The notes beneath the pieces were generated by a model, which had not been told where the DNA came from, did not search any database, and saw nothing but the letters and a program-made list of their open reading frames with translations. A stretch of 37,171 nt of DNA from Bacteroidota bacterium (GTDB lineage: Bacteria > Bacteroidota > Ignavibacteria > T3Sed10-11). The translations under genes were made by a program, and so were the position numbers. Position 1 is the first letter of the stretch. Each line of letters begins with the position of its first letter. This document shows, in pieces, positions 20,026 to 28,398 of the stretch. The stretch lies in NCBI GenBank assembly GCA_007131635.1, contig SLQE01000162.1, forward strand, positions 1-37,171, written 5' to 3'.

Positions 20026-20589
20026 ATGCGAATTACTGGCGGAGAATTCCGGGGCCGAACTATATATTCAGGTAAAACTTTGGATATACGCCCCGCTACA
20101 GACCGTGTACGTGAGACTTTATTTGCCATATTACCGCAATACATCGACTTGAGCGAAACGGCGGTGATTGATCTATACGCGGGCACCGGAAGTCTCGGTT
20201 TCGAATGCCTAAGCCGGGGCTGTCCATACGTTATCTTTGTTGATTCGTCGCGGGACGCGATCGGGCACATAAAAAGAACAGCAGAATCATTGGACTGTGA
20301 AAACCGGTGTCGTATCGTTCATAGCCCCGTTGAACGGTTTATCGATAAAAAATCGGAAACAGCGGGATTGCTCTTTGCCGATCCGCCGTATAGCATGGAA
20401 GCTGTATCCTCTTTACCGGAGCTTCTTGCACGCTCATCGATTGTCGAACAAGATGCAGTGTTACTCATAGAGCATAGTAAACAAACCGTTTTTCCGGATA
20501 GTCGTCTGTATTCTGTTTTCAGACAAAAAATATTCGGAAACACCGTTGTATCATTCTTTCAATTGAAGAAACCAGACCAAGAAAAATAG
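20026..20589 (+). CDS. rsmD: 16S rRNA (guanine966-N2)-methyltransferase
   Basis: MRITGGEFRGRTI...RPATDRVRETLFAIL...DLYAGTGSLGFECLSRG...FADPPY. I place the start at ATG 20026 (M15 of the track ORF), just after the upstream stop. It has the conserved pairing with coaD. Confidence 0.87.
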   Translation: MRITGGEFRGRTIYSGKTLDIRPATDRVRETLFAILPQYIDLSETAVIDLYAGTGSLGFECLSRGCPYVIFVDSSRDAIGHIKRTAESLDCENRCRIVHSPVERFIDKKSETAGLLFADPPYSMEAVSSLPELLARSSIVEQDAVLLIEHSKQTVFPDSRLYSVFRQKIFGNTVVSFFQLKKPDQEK

Positions 20590-20598
20590 GTTATACTT

Positions 20599-21078
20599 AT
20601 GAAACGAGCTATCTATCCCGGCACCTTCGATCCGTTCACATATGGGCACCTGGATATTGTTCAACGTGCTGTATCATTGTTCGATGAAGTTATCGTAACG
20701 ATAGCACTGAACAGCGCCAAAGCACCGCTTTTCAACACCGATGAACGTATGGAAATGTTACGTGAATCTCTCTCCTCCTTTGCATCCGTCCGGATTGATA
20801 GTTTCAGGGGCCTGCTTGTCAATTACGCGAAAAAGGAAAAAGCGAATGTTATCATCCGGGGTTTACGAATGATCTCGGATTTTGAATTTGAATTTCAGAT
20901 GGCATTGATGAACCGTAAACTTGAAGAAGAGATTACAACTGTTTTTCTTATGCCGGATGAAAAATATACCTATCTCAGTTCATCAATTGTACGGGAAATA
21001 GCCCAACTCGGAGGAGATTGCTCTCCTTTTGTACCGCCTCATATTGAAAAAAAACTGAAGCAGAAATATTTACACTGA
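20599..21078 (+). CDS. coaD: phosphopantetheine adenylyltransferase
   Basis: 159-aa ORF MKRAIYPGTFDPFTYGHLDIVQRA...IIRGLRMISDFEFEFQMALMN...SSSIVREI is the canonical CoaD sequence. Confidence 0.95.
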   Translation: MKRAIYPGTFDPFTYGHLDIVQRAVSLFDEVIVTIALNSAKAPLFNTDERMEMLRESLSSFASVRIDSFRGLLVNYAKKEKANVIIRGLRMISDFEFEFQMALMNRKLEEEITTVFLMPDEKYTYLSSSIVREIAQLGGDCSPFVPPHIEKKLKQKYLH

Positions 21079-21092
21079 TTTCTAAACGCAAG

Positions 21093-22295
21093 ATGCGTAG
21101 AAAACAATTAGCTAAAATAACAAATGTATCCTCCGGATCGCATATACGGAAACTATCCGAGAGAATACAAGCAATGATGCGGGCAGGGATTGATGTCGTT
21201 GATTTGACTACGAGTGAACCGGATTTCCCGGCACCCGATCATATTAAAAAAGCGGGCATTGCCGCAATAGAACATAATCTCACAAAATATATTCACGGAA
21301 ACGGTACAGCAGATTTACTAGACGCGATATCAAAAAAATTCAAATCAGAGAATAATGTACACTGGTCTCCGGCTGAAATACTCATTTCTCAAGGGGAAAA
21401 AGAATCGATATTTATTGCTCTTAGGACAATTTGTGATCCCGGTGACGAGGTAATCATACTTTCGCCATATTGCAGGAGCTACCCTGAAATAACGAGGTCT
21501 GTCGGTGCAAAACCTATTATTATCGGAACAACCGAGACGACCGGCTTCAAGGTATCTCCAAGGCAGCTCAGGAACGCGCTTTCACTGAAAACGAAAGCTT
21601 GTATCTTCAACTCTCCCGCCAATCCGGCAGGTGTTGTTTATTCACGCGAAGAAATCGAGAATATAGCATTCGTCTTGGCCGATGCAGGATTATACGTTAT
21701 AAGCGATGAAAGATTTGAGTACTTTGTTTACGATGAGTTACCACATGTTTCCATAGGGGCTATCGACTCTCTGCGTGAAGCTACCGTTACTGTAAATGGG
21801 CTCTCACAAGCATTCTCTATGACCGGATGGCCGCTTGGTTATATGGGAGCACATAAAAGTATAATTGATAAAGCCTCTGAAATGCAGGATCAAGTTGCTT
21901 CAAATGTGAGTGCTGTCTCTCAAAAAGCGGCACTGGCGGCATTATCCTACCCTCCCGATCATCTTCATCGTATGCAGGAAGCATTCCGGCATCGGCGAAA
22001 TTATGTGGTCGGAGAATTCGATGCAATGAAAAATATATCCTGCATCCGGCCTAAAGCCGGTCTGTATATATTTCCTCGCGTACATGAATTTTATGGCACT
22101 TCTTTCGGGAATTTCCAAATCAGAAGCGACGTGAATTTGTGCGAATTTTTGTTATCAGAAGGAAAAGTAGCAACTCTCCCCGGCGGCGCATTTGGCTCAT
22201 CGGACAATATCAGAATATCACTCGCAGCACCGTTGGAAGAACTACAGAAAGGTCTGCAAAGAATCGATGACTGTCTCAATCTGCTGAGATATTGA
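21093..22295 (+). CDS. class I (AspC-like) aminotransferase homologue lacking the PLP-binding lysine; probably not a functional transaminase
   Basis: 400-aa intact ORF with the fold-type I scaffold (SEPDF, DPGDEVIILSPY, NSPANPAG, ISDE, MTGW.LGY, IRISLA). The Schiff-base Lys position is Gln (NGLSQAFSMTGW; CAA at 21807-21809). See the corresponding finding. Confidence 0.85.
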   Translation: MRRKQLAKITNVSSGSHIRKLSERIQAMMRAGIDVVDLTTSEPDFPAPDHIKKAGIAAIEHNLTKYIHGNGTADLLDAISKKFKSENNVHWSPAEILISQGEKESIFIALRTICDPGDEVIILSPYCRSYPEITRSVGAKPIIIGTTETTGFKVSPRQLRNALSLKTKACIFNSPANPAGVVYSREEIENIAFVLADAGLYVISDERFEYFVYDELPHVSIGAIDSLREATVTVNGLSQAFSMTGWPLGYMGAHKSIIDKASEMQDQVASNVSAVSQKAALAALSYPPDHLHRMQEAFRHRRNYVVGEFDAMKNISCIRPKAGLYIFPRVHEFYGTSFGNFQIRSDVNLCEFLLSEGKVATLPGGAFGSSDNIRISLAAPLEELQKGLQRIDDCLNLLRY

Positions 22296-22320
22296 TTTTT
22301 AAGTTTTAAAACCGTATATT
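22292..22320 (+). promoter_or_regulatory. sigma-70-type promoter for the zinc-ribbon gene
   Basis: TTGATT (22292-22297), a 17-nt spacer and TATATT (22315-22320). The -35 overlaps the aminotransferase stop codon. The -10 overlaps the first two bases of CIRCE. Confidence 0.6.
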
Positions 22321-22345
22321 AGCACTCGACAAATAAGAGTGCTAA
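22319..22345 (+). promoter_or_regulatory. CIRCE operator (HrcA binding site), perfect consensus
   Basis: TTAGCACTC-GACAAATAA-GAGTGCTAA matches TTAGCACTC-N9-GAGTGCTAA at 18 of 18 positions. It lies between the -10 element and the SD/ATG (22369) of the downstream gene. It is the only copy in the window. Confidence 0.9.
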
Positions 22346-22368
22346 TTCTGATACATTTGGAGATAGAG

Positions 22369-22689
22369 ATGCCGACATATGATTATCGCTGCAACGATTG
22401 CGGCTATACTTTTGAAGAGTTTCAAAGTATGAAAGCCGAACCGCTAAGAACGTGTCCTGAGTGTAAAAAGGATAGTTTAAAAAGGCTGTTCGGGGCAGGT
22501 GCGGGTTTAATATTCAAAGGCAGTGGTTTTTATATTACTGATTATAAAAATAACGGGAACGGTAATCGTAAATCCAAGGATTCGCTCGGGAATAAGGAAC
22601 AATCAACAACCAATAAGAGCTCTGATAAAGAAACCTCACCGAAATCATCCGCCACAACCGATAAAAAAGAACCAACCTCGTCAAAATGA
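22369..22689 (+). CDS. FmdB-family CxxC-CxxC zinc-ribbon protein with a disordered S/T/K/N-rich tail (Ruc-like candidate)
   Basis: MPTYDYRCNDCGYTFEEFQSM...RTCPECKKDSLKRLF...FKGSGFYITDY is the FmdB-family signature. GGAG lies 6 nt before ATG 22369. The track ORF from GTG 22339 would begin inside CIRCE, so I rejected it. Confidence 0.8.
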   Translation: MPTYDYRCNDCGYTFEEFQSMKAEPLRTCPECKKDSLKRLFGAGAGLIFKGSGFYITDYKNNGNGNRKSKDSLGNKEQSTTNKSSDKETSPKSSATTDKKEPTSSK

Positions 22690-22752
22690 AAACTGAGTAG
22701 CAAGCTATGGGACACACCATCAGTGCGAAGGATATGTAATCGCCTCTTCCAG

Positions 22753-23610
22753 CTACTGATTATCTAAATTTTCTCTCTTTTCCCTGGCTTTTATAAATTC
22801 CTTTTCAATGTCTCCCAACATGTCAATTTGCAGTGCTTCTTTATACGTTTGCAGACGGACAATCAACCTGCTCAAGTCTTTTATTATGTTATCCTTATTT
22901 TTAGCGAAGATATCACGCCAGATAGTAAATTCGCTTTCACCGATTCTCGTCATATCCCGGAAACCACCCGCAGCTAGCGTATTTAGAACTGATGTCCGTG
23001 TTTCATCACCAAGAGCTTCATTAAGTAAAGCAACTGATAAAAGTTGCGGTAGATGGCTTATTTTCGATACTGCTAAATCGTGAATATCCGGATTCAGTAC
23101 AAAATGCCGTGCACCGATCGCTTCAATGAGAGATAAAAGTACCTTTGGGAGTTCTCCGGTAGCCGGCGGAGTAAGCAGATACACAGAATCAACAAACAGG
23201 TCCGGATTGGCATACTTTATCCCGGTTTTCTGACTTCCGGCCATGGGATGACCGCCGATAAATGTTATTTCAGGTGAGAGCGTTGCTGCAGCCTTCATTA
23301 TGGGACGCTTAACACTGCACACATCCGTCACTACCATTGATCGGGAGTATGAGTGTAACACTTTAATTTGCTCTAAAACGGTTGACGTTGGAGCCGCTAA
23401 ATATAAGATATCACATATGTTAACAAGGTTAACGAATGTATTTTCCAGCTTGTCAACATATTTCAGTGAAACAGCTTGTTGCTTTGTATTTTCATCGGTA
23501 TCGTAACCCACAACGGTCACTCCCGGTATATTTTTTTTGAAAGCTGCGGCCAACGAACCGCCTATCAAACCGAGTCCCGATATTCCTATAACAGCAGCTG
23601 AGATCTTCAT
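22753..23610 (-). CDS. tyrA: prephenate (or arogenate) dehydrogenase
   Basis: 285-aa ORF with a Rossmann N-terminus (VIGISGLGLIGGSLAAAF), the HPMAG motif (GGHPMAGSQKTG) and the C-terminal dimerisation domain (ISHLPQLLSVAL...GFRDMTRI). Confidence 0.85.
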   Translation of the reverse strand: MKISAAVIGISGLGLIGGSLAAAFKKNIPGVTVVGYDTDENTKQQAVSLKYVDKLENTFVNLVNICDILYLAAPTSTVLEQIKVLHSYSRSMVVTDVCSVKRPIMKAAATLSPEITFIGGHPMAGSQKTGIKYANPDLFVDSVYLLTPPATGELPKVLLSLIEAIGARHFVLNPDIHDLAVSKISHLPQLLSVALLNEALGDETRTSVLNTLAAGGFRDMTRIGESEFTIWRDIFAKNKDNIIKDLSRLIVRLQTYKEALQIDMLGDIEKEFIKAREKRENLDNQ

Positions 23611-23619
23611 GGTTTTTGT

Positions 23620-24672
23620 CTAAATTGATTGTACTTTCTTTTGTATTGCCGGCTTGCAGATATCTCTTCCAATAGCGTGGACAATGATTTTTATTTCCTG
23701 CATAAGCTGGTTGAATTGTTCGGGAAAAAGTGATTGCCCGCCATCCGAAAGTGCATTATTCGGGTCGGGATGAACCTCGACAATCAATCCATCCGCTCCG
23801 GCTGCGATTGCCGCACGGGCCATGGGAATGATCTTATCTCTAAGGCCGACGGCATGCGAAGGATCGGCAATAATGGGGAGATGACTCTTCTGTTGGATAA
23901 CGGGAATTGCACTCAGGTCCATAGTATTTCGTGTTGATTTTTCGAACGTGCGGATACCGCGTTCACAGAGGATGACCCCCTTATTGCCTCCTGATAGAAT
24001 ATATTCGGCCGACATAAGTAATTCTTCTGTGGTAGCCGATATACCCCGTTTCAGAAGCACAGGTTTATCGATTTTTCCGAGTTCACGAAGTAGTGTGAAG
24101 TTCTGCATATTCCGTGCGCCTACCTGTAATATATCGGTATACTTCAAAATAGTTTCGATCTGTGAGATATCCATAACCTCGGTTATCATTTTCAGATGAA
24201 AGATATCACACGTATTACGCATTATTTTAAGTCCTTCTTCACCCAGTCCCTGGAATGCGTAGGGTGATGTCCGGGGCTTGTAAGCTCCCCCTCTCAGCAT
24301 GACGGCACCTGCGGAGGAAACAGATTCGGCGACCTTGAACATCTGTTCTTCATTCTCGACGGAGCACGGGCCGGCTATTATGACTACATCCTTCCCGCCG
24401 AATGTTATATTGTCCGCAATGTTTATAATTGTATTTTCACGTTTAAACGACCGGCTTGCAAGTTTATATTGTTCGGTAATACGATATACCTGGGCTACAC
24501 CCGGCAATACGCGTATCGTATTCGTATCAAAATCCGGATGCACGCCGATAGCACCCAAAACGGTCTGGTTTACACCCGTTGAGCGGTGAACATCGAATCC
24601 GTTTTTGTGCAATATCTCAATAATGTTCTCTATTTCTTGTTTTGTCGCATTTTTATCAATGACGACTACCAT
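23620..24672 (-). CDS. aroF: 3-deoxy-7-phosphoheptulonate (DAHP) synthase, type I-beta, with an N-terminal ferredoxin-like regulatory domain
   Basis: 350-aa ORF. The first ~75 aa (MVVVIDKNATKQEIENIIEILHKNGFDVHRSTG...) resemble the Thermotoga-type regulatory domain. The catalytic barrel has IIAGPCSVE, RGGAYKPRTSPY.FQG, KRG, DPSH and VEVHPDP. Confidence 0.9.
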   Translation of the reverse strand: MVVVIDKNATKQEIENIIEILHKNGFDVHRSTGVNQTVLGAIGVHPDFDTNTIRVLPGVAQVYRITEQYKLASRSFKRENTIINIADNITFGGKDVVIIAGPCSVENEEQMFKVAESVSSAGAVMLRGGAYKPRTSPYAFQGLGEEGLKIMRNTCDIFHLKMITEVMDISQIETILKYTDILQVGARNMQNFTLLRELGKIDKPVLLKRGISATTEELLMSAEYILSGGNKGVILCERGIRTFEKSTRNTMDLSAIPVIQQKSHLPIIADPSHAVGLRDKIIPMARAAIAAGADGLIVEVHPDPNNALSDGGQSLFPEQFNQLMQEIKIIVHAIGRDICKPAIQKKVQSI

Positions 24673-24701
24673 CTTATTACTCCGTTTAGTTTATGAAACA
24701 G

Positions 24702-25505
24702 TTAATATCTGTCAAGTTTAAATTTTTCACCCAGGTATAGCTTCCGGACCTGTTCATCGTTCGCAAGCTCTTCGGCGGAACCGCTCATTAAAATACTCCC
24801 TTCAAACAACAGATATGATCTGCCGGTAATAGAAAGTGCCTCGTGTACGTTATGATCGGTAATTAACACACCGATACTACGATCTTTCAGACTTTGTACC
24901 AGTTCCATTAAATCCTCTACCGCGATGGGGTCTATTCCGGCAAACGGCTCGTCTAACAAAATAAATTTCGGATCGGTTGCCAGTGCACGCGCAATCTCGG
25001 TTCGTCGTCTTTCACCACCGGATAACATATACCCCTGGTTATCTTTCAGATGCGCGATGCCGAATTCTTCCATTAGTCGATCGCATTGTTCCCGCCTCTC
25101 GGCTTTCGATAATTTCCGAAGTTCCAGGATCGACATAATGTTTTGTTTTACCGTGAGTCGCCTGAAAATGGAGGCTTCCTGCGGCAAATATCCTATTCCG
25201 TACCGGGAACGTTTGTACATCGGTATGCGGGTGATATTATTTCCGTCCAGAAATATTTTTCCGTTGGTCGGCTTAATTAAACCAACGATCATGTAAAATG
25301 TCGTTGTCTTGCCCGCACCGTTCGGTCCGAGCAGACCGACCACCTCTCCCTGAGTGACTTCAATCGATACATTTTTTACGACATACCTTTTTCCATACCG
25401 TTTAAATAAGTCCGATGTATGGATAATACTATTTTGTTGCTCCTGACGTTTACTGCCGGTACGCTCCTCAAATCCGGTAGATGTTGTTTTTTCAGCTCCT
25501 GTCAT
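24702..25505 (-). CDS. lptB: LPS export ABC transporter ATP-binding protein LptB
   Basis: Walker [10 protein letters not shown], signature LSGGERRR, Walker [12 protein letters not shown] and the LptB-type C-terminus ([10 protein letters not shown]). It has an N-terminal extension of about 25 aa. The start overlaps the upstream stop as TGATG. Confidence 0.93.
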   Translation of the reverse strand: MTGAEKTTSTGFEERTGSKRQEQQNSIIHTSDLFKRYGKRYVVKNVSIEVTQGEVVGLLGPNGAGKTTTFYMIVGLIKPTNGKIFLDGNNITRIPMYKRSRYGIGYLPQEASIFRRLTVKQNIMSILELRKLSKAERREQCDRLMEEFGIAHLKDNQGYMLSGGERRRTEIARALATDPKFILLDEPFAGIDPIAVEDLMELVQSLKDRSIGVLITDHNVHEALSITGRSYLLFEGSILMSGSAEELANDEQVRKLYLGEKFKLDRY

Positions 25506-26794
25506 CAGTTTGTCGCCTCCATCGATTGATATTGTTTACCGGCGGCTGCCGGAAGCGACAGCACAGGTCTGTCCGCGCGCCAATCAAATCCGGGGAGATT
25601 GAATGTTTGTTCTCTCCCGCGTATAATGTTTTCCGGATAATATTTCCCTTCGATACCTCCCTCGATTTTTAACTCATGTATTTCACTTTCGATAAAGCGA
25701 AGAGTAATTTTATCACCTGTAACATGATTTACTCCGTTTGGTAATAAATCTTCATAGAGATAATACACGCTCGTTGCCTGATCGTGAACTTCTACCATCT
25801 CGATTTCATCCTCGTGAAACCACATGGTAAGCGTACTACCCGTTAGTTGATTGAATCGATCCGGGTAGCGAATATCGCTTTTTGATATTACAAATGACCG
25901 CTCGTAAACTTCAAGCGATTTCAGCCGTTGGTTTTCAAGCCGGACATGGATGGAATCCCCCGTTATCTGATTATCTTGATACCAGAGTATCGGTGTACCG
26001 GTGAGACTTAATTCATCTTCATCGACAAAATAAATCGTCTTCGTGCCGCGTGCAGAAAGATCCGCCCGGTGAATTTCAACGCTGTCTATCGCGATGAATG
26101 TTCGCACATCATCATCAATCAAAGACTCCATGATGTTACTCTTAACTATCAATGTATCTATACGCCCGGTATCGGTGGTATCTATATGTACAAGCACGGG
26201 TAATTCTTTCATTTTGCTGTAACCACTTTCACTGTCATATTCGAGATCCTCGCCGTAGATAGTAGTACCGCGGTCCGGATCGACTACGCGAACATTACCT
26301 GTTGCCCTTGATAATTGCTTATCGCGTCTGTGAATGAGATGGTCCGTGTAAACTATGCCGGCCGGATCAACAACAACGACATTTTCCCAAAACTCTGCCA
26401 TTTTTTCGTCGATAAAATATTTTCCGAAATCCGCAGTCAACCGCGAGACACCATCGTCAAGGACGAGATTCCCCTCACCGTCGAGAATCCGGGTATTACC
26501 GTTATAAAATCCCTGATCGGTAAAGAGGTTAACCGTATCGTCTACAATGCGTACGTTCCCTTCGAGGAATGCGCTGTTCCGGGCAGGATACTGAATTGCC
26601 CGGTCGCAATAAACCATTACTTCCCTCTGTTGCAGTATCACATTCCCGATAAGCTCCCGGGTATTCTCGCCGTCGATTCTCTTCCCGACAAGGCTATCGG
26701 CGTTACGTATTATTATTACATCATTTTCATCGGCTATCGATATTGATGTAACGAATAAGATAACAAAAAGTATGTACAGGTTTCCTCTTCTCAC
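25505..26794 (-). CDS. OstA-like (LptA-family) periplasmic protein, long multi-repeat form
   Basis: 429-aa ORF with a signal peptide ([21 protein letters not shown]). It has repeated OstA_N-like beta-jellyroll segments (A.....G...L.GNV......). It occupies the lptA slot between lptC and lptB. Confidence 0.7.
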   Translation of the reverse strand: MRRGNLYILFVILFVTSISIADENDVIIIRNADSLVGKRIDGENTRELIGNVILQQREVMVYCDRAIQYPARNSAFLEGNVRIVDDTVNLFTDQGFYNGNTRILDGEGNLVLDDGVSRLTADFGKYFIDEKMAEFWENVVVVDPAGIVYTDHLIHRRDKQLSRATGNVRVVDPDRGTTIYGEDLEYDSESGYSKMKELPVLVHIDTTDTGRIDTLIVKSNIMESLIDDDVRTFIAIDSVEIHRADLSARGTKTIYFVDEDELSLTGTPILWYQDNQITGDSIHVRLENQRLKSLEVYERSFVISKSDIRYPDRFNQLTGSTLTMWFHEDEIEMVEVHDQATSVYYLYEDLLPNGVNHVTGDKITLRFIESEIHELKIEGGIEGKYYPENIIRGREQTFNLPGFDWRADRPVLSLPAAAGKQYQSMEATN

Positions 26795-26826
26795 AATTCG
26801 ATCGTCTCTGTCACGTATAATCCGTA

Positions 26827-27369
26827 TTATTCGATTCTCGTCTGACCGGTTACCCGGTAAATAGTATAGTTTGATAAACTTGCATCCGATTCCATCCCGT
26901 AGCCCTGTATAATTTCATCGGGTGACGTTATTTTTACAAACACGTCGGTATGAATTCTTTCTGTTTCATTTGTCCAATGTATTTCCTCGGATTCGAGTAT
27001 TGTTCCGTCTTCGCCTTCGATGATGACGTTCCCAAATCCTGAAATATCATTTGTTTCATCATTGACCTCTCCTCTGTCGGAAACAAGCGTGGAAGTCTTA
27101 TGTCCCTCCTCATTGTAAAAGTCAACGTGTACTCCGTTTTCAAGCAGCGTCACCATTTTGTCATTAAACACTGCAATATATCCTGCCCGGATAATTGCGG
27201 AGATAACGCCATCATCTGATACAATAATTGTGCTATCCCAACTTTCCTGATCCGGCATCTCATCTCCGGTTATCCCTTCGACCACACTCGGTCGAATGCG
27301 CTGTTCACATCCTATAGGTCCGGTCAGCATGATGAGCACATAGAAGAATATTACAATACCGTATTTCAT
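26827..27369 (-). CDS. lptC: LptC-like LPS export protein (lipobox-type N-terminus)
   Basis: 180-aa ORF with the N-terminal anchor MKYGIVIFFYVLIMLTGPIGC. The LptC-like beta-rich body includes GVHVDFYNEEG and GNVIIEGEDGTILESEEIHW. Its position between kdsD and lptA is conserved, and it overlaps kdsD as ATGA. Confidence 0.68.
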   Translation of the reverse strand: MKYGIVIFFYVLIMLTGPIGCEQRIRPSVVEGITGDEMPDQESWDSTIIVSDDGVISAIIRAGYIAVFNDKMVTLLENGVHVDFYNEEGHKTSTLVSDRGEVNDETNDISGFGNVIIEGEDGTILESEEIHWTNETERIHTDVFVKITSPDEIIQGYGMESDASLSNYTIYRVTGQTRIE

Positions 27370-28394
27370 CTTTGCGCCAGCCCCGCTTTCACCAGGTCGT
27401 GTAGGTGTATCATACCCACGGGTTTGTTATAATCATCGACAACAATGAGCTGTGTTATATTAAACATTTCCATCTGCTGCATTGCTGTTGCAGCAAGAGC
27501 GCCGGGTCCGATTGTTTTCGGGTTTTTCGACATCGCATCGAAAGCGGTCAATGAATTTATATTAAATGTTCTTCCCAGCAAACGGCGTAAATCACCGTCG
27601 GTAATTATACCGGACAAAGCTCCTTCTTCATTCGTAACACAGGTCGCTCCCAGTCGTTTGGTCGTCATCTCGATGATCGCGTCTTTAAGAGACACCGATT
27701 CCGTAACGAGGGGGATTGACTCCCCTTGCGCCATCATTTCCCGGACTTTGAGAAGTAAACGCTTTCCGATGTGACCTCCGGGGTGAAAATTTGCGAAGTC
27801 TTCTTTTGTAAAGTTTCTTTTTTCCAGGAGCGTCACACAAAGCGCATCCCCCAGAACAAGTGCCGCAGTTGTTGAACTCGTCGGTGCGAGATCGAGTGTA
27901 CACGCTTCCTGATCTACGCTCATATCCAATGTGATCTCAGCATGCTGAGCAATTTTTGACCGGGTGTTGCCAACCATAGCTATGATCGGTACTTCTATCC
28001 GATGAAAAAGCGGGAGAAGATTTACTATCTCTTCGGTGTTTCCGCTTTTTGAAATGCAAATTATTATATCTTCTCCGCGTACCATTCCCATATCACCGTG
28101 TACCGCATCGGATGGATGCAGATAGATTGCAGGTGTGCCGGTTGAATTCATCGTGGCAACAATTTTTTTACCGACTATACCCGATTTACCCATACCCGTT
28201 ATCACAACACGTCCCTTACATCGAAGTATCGCAACAACCGCACGCGCAAATGATACATCGATTCTGCCCACAAGCGTTTGAATAGCATTGCTCTCTATTT
28301 CGACGACACGTTTCCCCCGTCGGATAATGTCGTCATTATCAAGATTTTCCAGTATGTGTTTATCTATAGTCACGTTTATTTCCGGTTCCGTCAT
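27366..28394 (-). CDS. kdsD: arabinose-5-phosphate isomerase (KpsF/GutQ family)
   Basis: 342-aa ORF with a SIS domain (GRVVITGMGKSGIVGKKIVATMNSTGTPA, ISKSGNTEE) plus tandem CBS domains. Confidence 0.93.
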   Translation of the reverse strand: MTEPEINVTIDKHILENLDNDDIIRRGKRVVEIESNAIQTLVGRIDVSFARAVVAILRCKGRVVITGMGKSGIVGKKIVATMNSTGTPAIYLHPSDAVHGDMGMVRGEDIIICISKSGNTEEIVNLLPLFHRIEVPIIAMVGNTRSKIAQHAEITLDMSVDQEACTLDLAPTSSTTAALVLGDALCVTLLEKRNFTKEDFANFHPGGHIGKRLLLKVREMMAQGESIPLVTESVSLKDAIIEMTTKRLGATCVTNEEGALSGIITDGDLRRLLGRTFNINSLTAFDAMSKNPKTIGPGALAATAMQQMEMFNITQLIVVDDYNKPVGMIHLHDLVKAGLAQR

Positions 28395-28398
28395 CCTG

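Noticed and set aside
22339-22368. GTG-initiated extension of the zinc-ribbon ORF (MLILIHLEIE...)
   Set aside because: The GTG lies inside the CIRCE right arm and has no SD. ATG 22369 has a well-spaced GGAG and gives the canonical MPxYxYxC FmdB N-terminus.
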